Assembly: GCA_046563655.1 (NCBI GenBank)
Contig: CM102288.1
Coordinates: 3,472,001-3,536,000 of the forward strand
Origin: Yuukianura sp. NJ FZ-2021
Taxonomy: Eukaryota
DNA length: 64,000 nt
Reading direction: 5' to 3'
Part shown: in pieces, positions 58,901 through 64,000 of the stretch
Layout: each line of letters opens with the position of its first letter
Position numbering within the stretch: position 1 is the first letter of the stretch
The notes under the pieces: generated by a model
Databases searched by the model: none
What the model was told of the DNA's origin: nothing
What the model saw: only the letters and a program-made list of their open reading frames with translations
Translations under genes and position numbers: made by a program

Positions 58901-61174
58901 CCCTGGAACCACCAAGCACATTTCTGAACAGTAATTTCAGCCAATGAAGGCTCTTTTGGCGGTTGACTTCCAGGGAGGACAAAGGGAGATGCTGGAATTG
59001 CAGTGGGATACTGGACGGCTACTCTTCTGATGAGGAGATCACAAACGTTTTTGGCCAACGGTCCTACTTGAACAGTTTGAATTTGGGTTTGGGGGTCTGG
59101 AGCTACGTCTTCGTCATCGTCGCTTCCAGCATCATCATGCATATCTGCTGGACCGTCATCGTCTTCCCTGAAATTGTGAACTTCAGCTCTCATCAGCAGT
59201 TTATCTTGCAAAACACGACTTTGTTGAAGGCGTTCAGCTTCTGCGCGTTTAAATTCTTCTGATCCTATGCACATTCTGCCCGGTATAGCACTAACTCCTC
59301 CTCCTCCTGGACCAGCATCCTGGAAGTTGTTCTGAATTTGTTTGTGGTGTCCGTAGCTATTCGGTGCGTAAATTCGGCCATGGTCAAAGTGTCGCCTCTC
59401 TTTTTCTCGAAGTAATTGCAGCGGTGTTGTGGTCGAAACTGGTTCGTGGTTTGTCGCCTTCCTGTCTCGGTTACGACCAACATCGAGTTCTGATTGGCGG
59501 GAAGGTGCTGGCGGGACATTGGCCTTAGGAATCCTATACAAAATTAATCGTCATTACTCAATTACTCCAATTTTAAGAAATTGTGAACTACTTTTTAGAT
59601 CAAACTCACCTAAATTGTTGATCTTGTTGTCTCATTTGTGCTTTTTGGCGAGCAATTGCTTCTTGCAGAATCGAATCCAACTTCTTAGCAGATTCTTCAC
59701 TACCATGATTTATCACACGATCACGCTTAACTTCTTTTTTGACTTCCGGTTCAACCATCTTTGGTCTCTTGATGATTCGTTCTTGCTCTTGTTTAATCTG
59801 ATTGCCCCGCCCCTTTTCAAATGGTAAAATTCTGGCTCCCGTGGCAGTAAATTCTCCATGTGGTTTTGACTTTTCTTTGTGTTTACTAGAACTATTAGTT
59901 TTCTTCTGTTTTTTTGAACTAGGTTCATCTTCATCCGATTCACTACTGGAAAAGATCCTAACTTTTTTCCGCTTCGGATCATCTTTTGACTTTGAATCTG
60001 AGTGTTTCCGTTTATTAGACTCAATTTCATACTCAAACGCTGGACGCGGTCTAGGCACCATTCGAATTCTACCGGCTTTGTTGTTGACTTGAGTCTGCTT
60101 CTTCCTGTCCACCTCTTCAATGTGTGTCAATTTTCGCCTTTTGAGGCGCATGTGCTTAGCTACTGGAATGATTGTGTCGAGTCGGATAAGCGTAACGGAA
60201 GTATCCACCAAGCCGAACTTCTTCCGATGCTTGGCAAATGCTGGATGCCTAGGTGGTTTCATGTGGAGTTGAATTTGTTCCTTCTCTTGTTTTTCGCGTT
60301 TCTTTTTTTCACGCTCTTCTTTCTGACGTTCCTTCTCTTTTTCACGTTCTTCCTTGTGACGTTCCTTCTCTTTTTCGCGGCCATCCTTGTGACGTTCCTT
60401 CTCTTTTTCACGCTCTTCTTTCCGACGTTCCTTGTCTTTGTCACGATCTTTGTCCTTGTCTTTCTTTTTGTCTTTGTGATGATGACGAAGTGGATCCATC
60501 AGGTCCATTTTGACTTTGACGTTTTGCTGCTCTATTTTGACTACTTTGACTACTGAAGTTGGTATTTTCTCTGGAACTGGATTTGGTGTTGGCGCTGATA
60601 CTTGCACTGGAGGTGTGGCAGGAGTTGGAGGCTTCTTCGGTCGTAAGTCACCTTCTTGCCCATCGTGGCAGACCGTAATGCCACCATCGGATTGGATAAT
60701 CGTGACATTTGATTGTCGAAAAACGTCGTTGTTGTTTTCGGTTGTTAGTGGACTTGTTTCATCTTCATCCTCGTCAACGAGATCCACTATTTCTATTTCT
60801 TGTGCTGCTGGAGATGGGACGACGCAGGGAGACGGTTCATTTTTGATTGGAAGAATTGATGTGTGATCGCTGCCAGCGACGTCTGATGTTGGAGGAGGAG
60901 TGTGGAGTTGATCTTCAGTAGATTCTGGGATTTGATGTTCAGTAGATTCTTCTTGGTTGCTGTCATTTTGTAACTGTTGAAACAATGCGGCAAATTCATC
61001 TGGAAAATTCCGTTCCAGTTCTTCGAGCACATTGAGGTCACCCTCGCCACCACTGTCGTTGAGGGAAGATGTAAGTGCAGCCAGTAACTTCTGTTCTACG
61101 TCATCTTCCAGCATATTTCCAAAAGTTCCAACATCTAGTCCCTCAAGGTCGCCTGAATCTCCAGCAGCTTCCAT
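52913..61174 (-). CDS. Large nuclear-type protein resembling Drosophila CG7065: KE-rich repeats, matrin/U1-type C2H2 finger, RS-rich exon, conserved helical motif, Pro-rich C-terminus
   Basis: Exons join in frame where checked, from ATG 61174 (MEAAGDSG) through CTICKVLLKSKAELGAHVKSEDH, an RS domain (~56615-57045) and HPDYEREWQAYWKK...FDYVPGWKEEW (recalled as a CG7065-like motif) to the stop at 52913. Confidence 0.7.
57137..57576. mobile_element. TRIM-like miniature LTR retroelement (440 bp): direct repeats 57137-57232 and 57485-57576, 4-bp TSD AAGG
   Basis: Both repeats start TGTGGG and end CCCACA (TG...CA). They differ by 3 substitutions and a 4-bp indel. AAGG occurs at 57133-57136 and 57577-57580. 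The 252-bp interior is non-coding, and the element is intronic in the CG7065-like gene. Confidence 0.85.
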
Positions 61175-64000
61175 TGTACTTCGTCTTCGCAACTAAGCAA
61201 CTGAAAAATAACTCAATGAAGATTGCAAGTGTTAGTTAAACTTTTCAAACTGTTTAAATGCTTAACTAGCTTAATTTAATTAACTTAATTAAATATAACC
61301 GTGCTTTTCAGATTTCAGTTGAAAATTGTTGGCGCAAAGTGTTCACAAGCGAAAAGAAACACTCCGGTTCTTACTTTCTAAGTAAAAGCTGATAGAGGCG
61401 ACTTTTATTTCTGTGACTGTGTTTTATAACATAGACAGAGTAAGTTTCTATGTTACAGCTAATCGAAAAACGAAACTTAGGTAGAGTAAGTTATGCCCAA
61501 ATGTCACATAACTAAAATGTGATCCGTAAAGTTTTCTACTATAATTCCGGGTTAGTAAGATATGCGGTTTCAGTTGCACGGTGCGGAAAATATCCGCCTT
61601 GTTTTACTGAGGAAGATGACCTGAACTACTACATGTAGAAATAAAAAATACATGACTTCTTCCAACATACTTTGGCACGATACTGATCGTACCGCCAATA
61701 CTCCCCAAATTGTAAAATTGTTGACTGGTAATTCAAGTCCAATTGAAGACTTGGACTTCAACGCGGCAGTATGTCATTTTCATTGATAATGAATGATATG
61801 GATTTGTGGATATGACATGTACTTTCATTTCTGATAGAATGGTCATGTCAAGATTAAACTAAACATAAAAGCCAAAGCTATGCGTAATTTTCAATTAACA
61901 AGCAATCAGCATCAGCAAAAGAACATTGCCTTACCTGTCTCACAAACAGCGAAGGCAGTCAAGGCAAGAGTCTACTTGTTCTCCTGATTACTCTGAGGTT
62001 GATTTCTAATCAAACATGACCAGCGATTGTCATCCCGAATAAGATTGAATCAGAATTCTCTGTTGAGGTTGATCGAAGTTGTAGAAGGGACGATTGTGGC
62101 GGAGATGACAGTATTCGTAGATAATGTTGTTGTCAAGCAAAATTCCAGCTGACCTACAAATTCAGTAATCATGTGTAAGTAATCAATGACAGAAAAGTAT
62201 GACCACAGTAATAAATAACCACATTAATACTTGATATCGACATCTGACTTAAAATGTTTATGAAAAAATTTCTTTTACCTTGCTAAATTCAGATACTAGT
62301 ACATCCAATCTTTCTTCCAAATGTAGTGCAGAATTCAGTAGTCATTCGGTTAGTGAATTATAGTAGTTGAAGATCTCGTGCTTCCTGATCCAAGAAGAAC
62401 TGATTGATCTCATGGAATCTCTCCTTTTGCTGCTATTCTTGAGTTTCCAAGTTCGTCAGATCCGAAGTATCGTACCGTGTTTTCGCAGTGTTTGTTTGGT
62501 CTTCTACCTCTATTTTTTTTCAAAGAGCGAAAAACGAGAGGCAAAGAACAAAGGATATGGGAGTTGAAGGTAGTCCGCTGGCTGAGATCTCCAACAAGTT
62601 TGAGTTTATGAAAGTTAGCATGCACAACTTTTACACGACACAAGTGATTTTAACCAAATTCTTATCATATCATGCGTTTTTGGTGTACAGCATTACAATA
62701 CTTACTATTTGTTATTTTATTTTCATAAGATGAATAATTTATTTTTAAATAGCTACCTATTTTCAATTTACTTTTATAACATAAATAACAAATACATCAC
62801 ACCATAAGAAGTGGGAATTTAACAACGAATTTGACGTAAAGCGCTTAGTAAACAATTTTCTGCAACGTTAAGGAAAACAAAGTGTAGTACTTACGATAAG
62901 TGTATTTATATTTGTTTTAACTTTATATTTATTTTATTAACATTAATATATATTGAATATGATGCATTAGTATAGCAATCAACTTCTATTGGCTGGTTGA
63001 GCAATTTAAGAAGTATTACAATATCTAGAGGTTGTATATTTCGTATTATATACATGTAAAAAAGCGAAACCAGTTACTTTTTAACATTTCTAAACCTAAT
63101 TTTTGGAAACTGTGCTATATTTACGCACTGTAAAACTTATTCCGGTAAGCCTTCAGCAGTATACTTTATATTTTGGTCACTAGATGGGCTATGTGTTTGT
63201 ATATTTTTGAAGTTGGGAGGAATGGGGAGGTGGAGGGGGTGTGTGCGTGTTGCGTCTGCTCTGGAACTTCCCTTCCTCCCCTCTCCGAGTGTCTGGACTG
63301 TGTGAGAGTCCAATGGGAATTGCATAGGAAGAGGACCAGCAGGAACTTATTTACAAGAACAAGGCCCCCAGGCTCTCTCAACAACAACTCCTTTATCTCA
63401 ATTTATCTAACCATAGTCCAAAGTATCTCTCAACAAAATAAACAATTGATTCATACCTCAACCAACAACGTAACAGAAAAGTGACCAGTGACCCAGGGGT
63501 CAGATCCACATTCAGCCTAAGGACTATTCACAATCATCATTCAGCCACAAAGGTATTGAGGCTTGACTCATCTTTAACAAAGTGGAGAACAAAACAAAGG
63601 TTTTCTGTTTCACTCAAGCCCAGAGGTCAACCAACACTTAGCAAACTGGGACCCTGGAGCCCTACCGCCGTTTACGGTAAGTGACACTTTTTAAGTATCT
63701 CGGGTTTGAATGTTTACGTATCGTAGTTACTCTAGTAATCTAAGCATGAATGCAGATGACTGGTATACCGTTATCCAGATTGGACCGAATAGGGTATCGG
63801 ACAAGGTCGGGTGACGTTGAAACATAACTGCGAGGGCAATGAATGACGTAAGGTAAATAGTGTCCGGTTATTCCGAATTTCCAGACCGTGGAGTTGTCAT
63901 TTCAATTGATTTTGTTTTTAACTAACTTGACCCCAGCCGGCCGAAGATGTGTCTTTGTTTTAATACGTTATGTTTAAGTTATGCCTGTACAAGCGGTTTA

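Noticed and set aside
60002..60556. Hydrophobic Phe/Leu-rich plus-strand ORFs as membrane proteins
   Set aside because: They are antisense shadows of the Lys/Glu/Arg-rich repeat in the minus-strand gene.
63170..64000. Possible retroelement LTR or 5' region at the window end
   Set aside because: The composition differs from the flanks, but no terminal repeat, TSD or gag/pol motif is visible within the window.

Overview
Gene-dense, intron-rich genomic DNA from an animal, almost certainly an arthropod (perlecan/trol, a CRF-like diuretic hormone precursor, a CG7065-like gene). Most introns are about 50-150 nt, so most ORF-track entries are exon fragments or shadows. Gene order: 3' part of perlecan (+, with an intronless orphan gene nested antisense in one intron), PXMP2/Mpv17-like (+), DOLPP1 (+), CRF-like DH44 precursor (+), divergent integrin beta (-), catalytically dead ADAM10/17-like gene (+), CCDC42/CFAP73-like (-), an orphan gene and a probable pseudogene (+), methylmalonyl-CoA mutase (-), OST48/DDOST (+) and a long CG7065-like zinc-finger/RS gene (-). 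Two small mobile elements with target-site duplications lie in introns: a 1.3-kb foldback element and a 440-bp TRIM-like mini-LTR element. Three hypotheses stand out. (1) A cilium/sperm-type module, in which a double RFX X-box palindrome sits between a divergent integrin beta and a zinc-site-dead, tail-less ADAM next to CCDC42. (2) Hidden perlecan cassette exons, including an ectopic LDLa plus furin-site exon, and three alternative C-termini, one with a hydrophobic anchor-like segment. (3) AGGTCA direct repeats pervading many short introns. All exon structures were read by eye and have no transcript or database support here.
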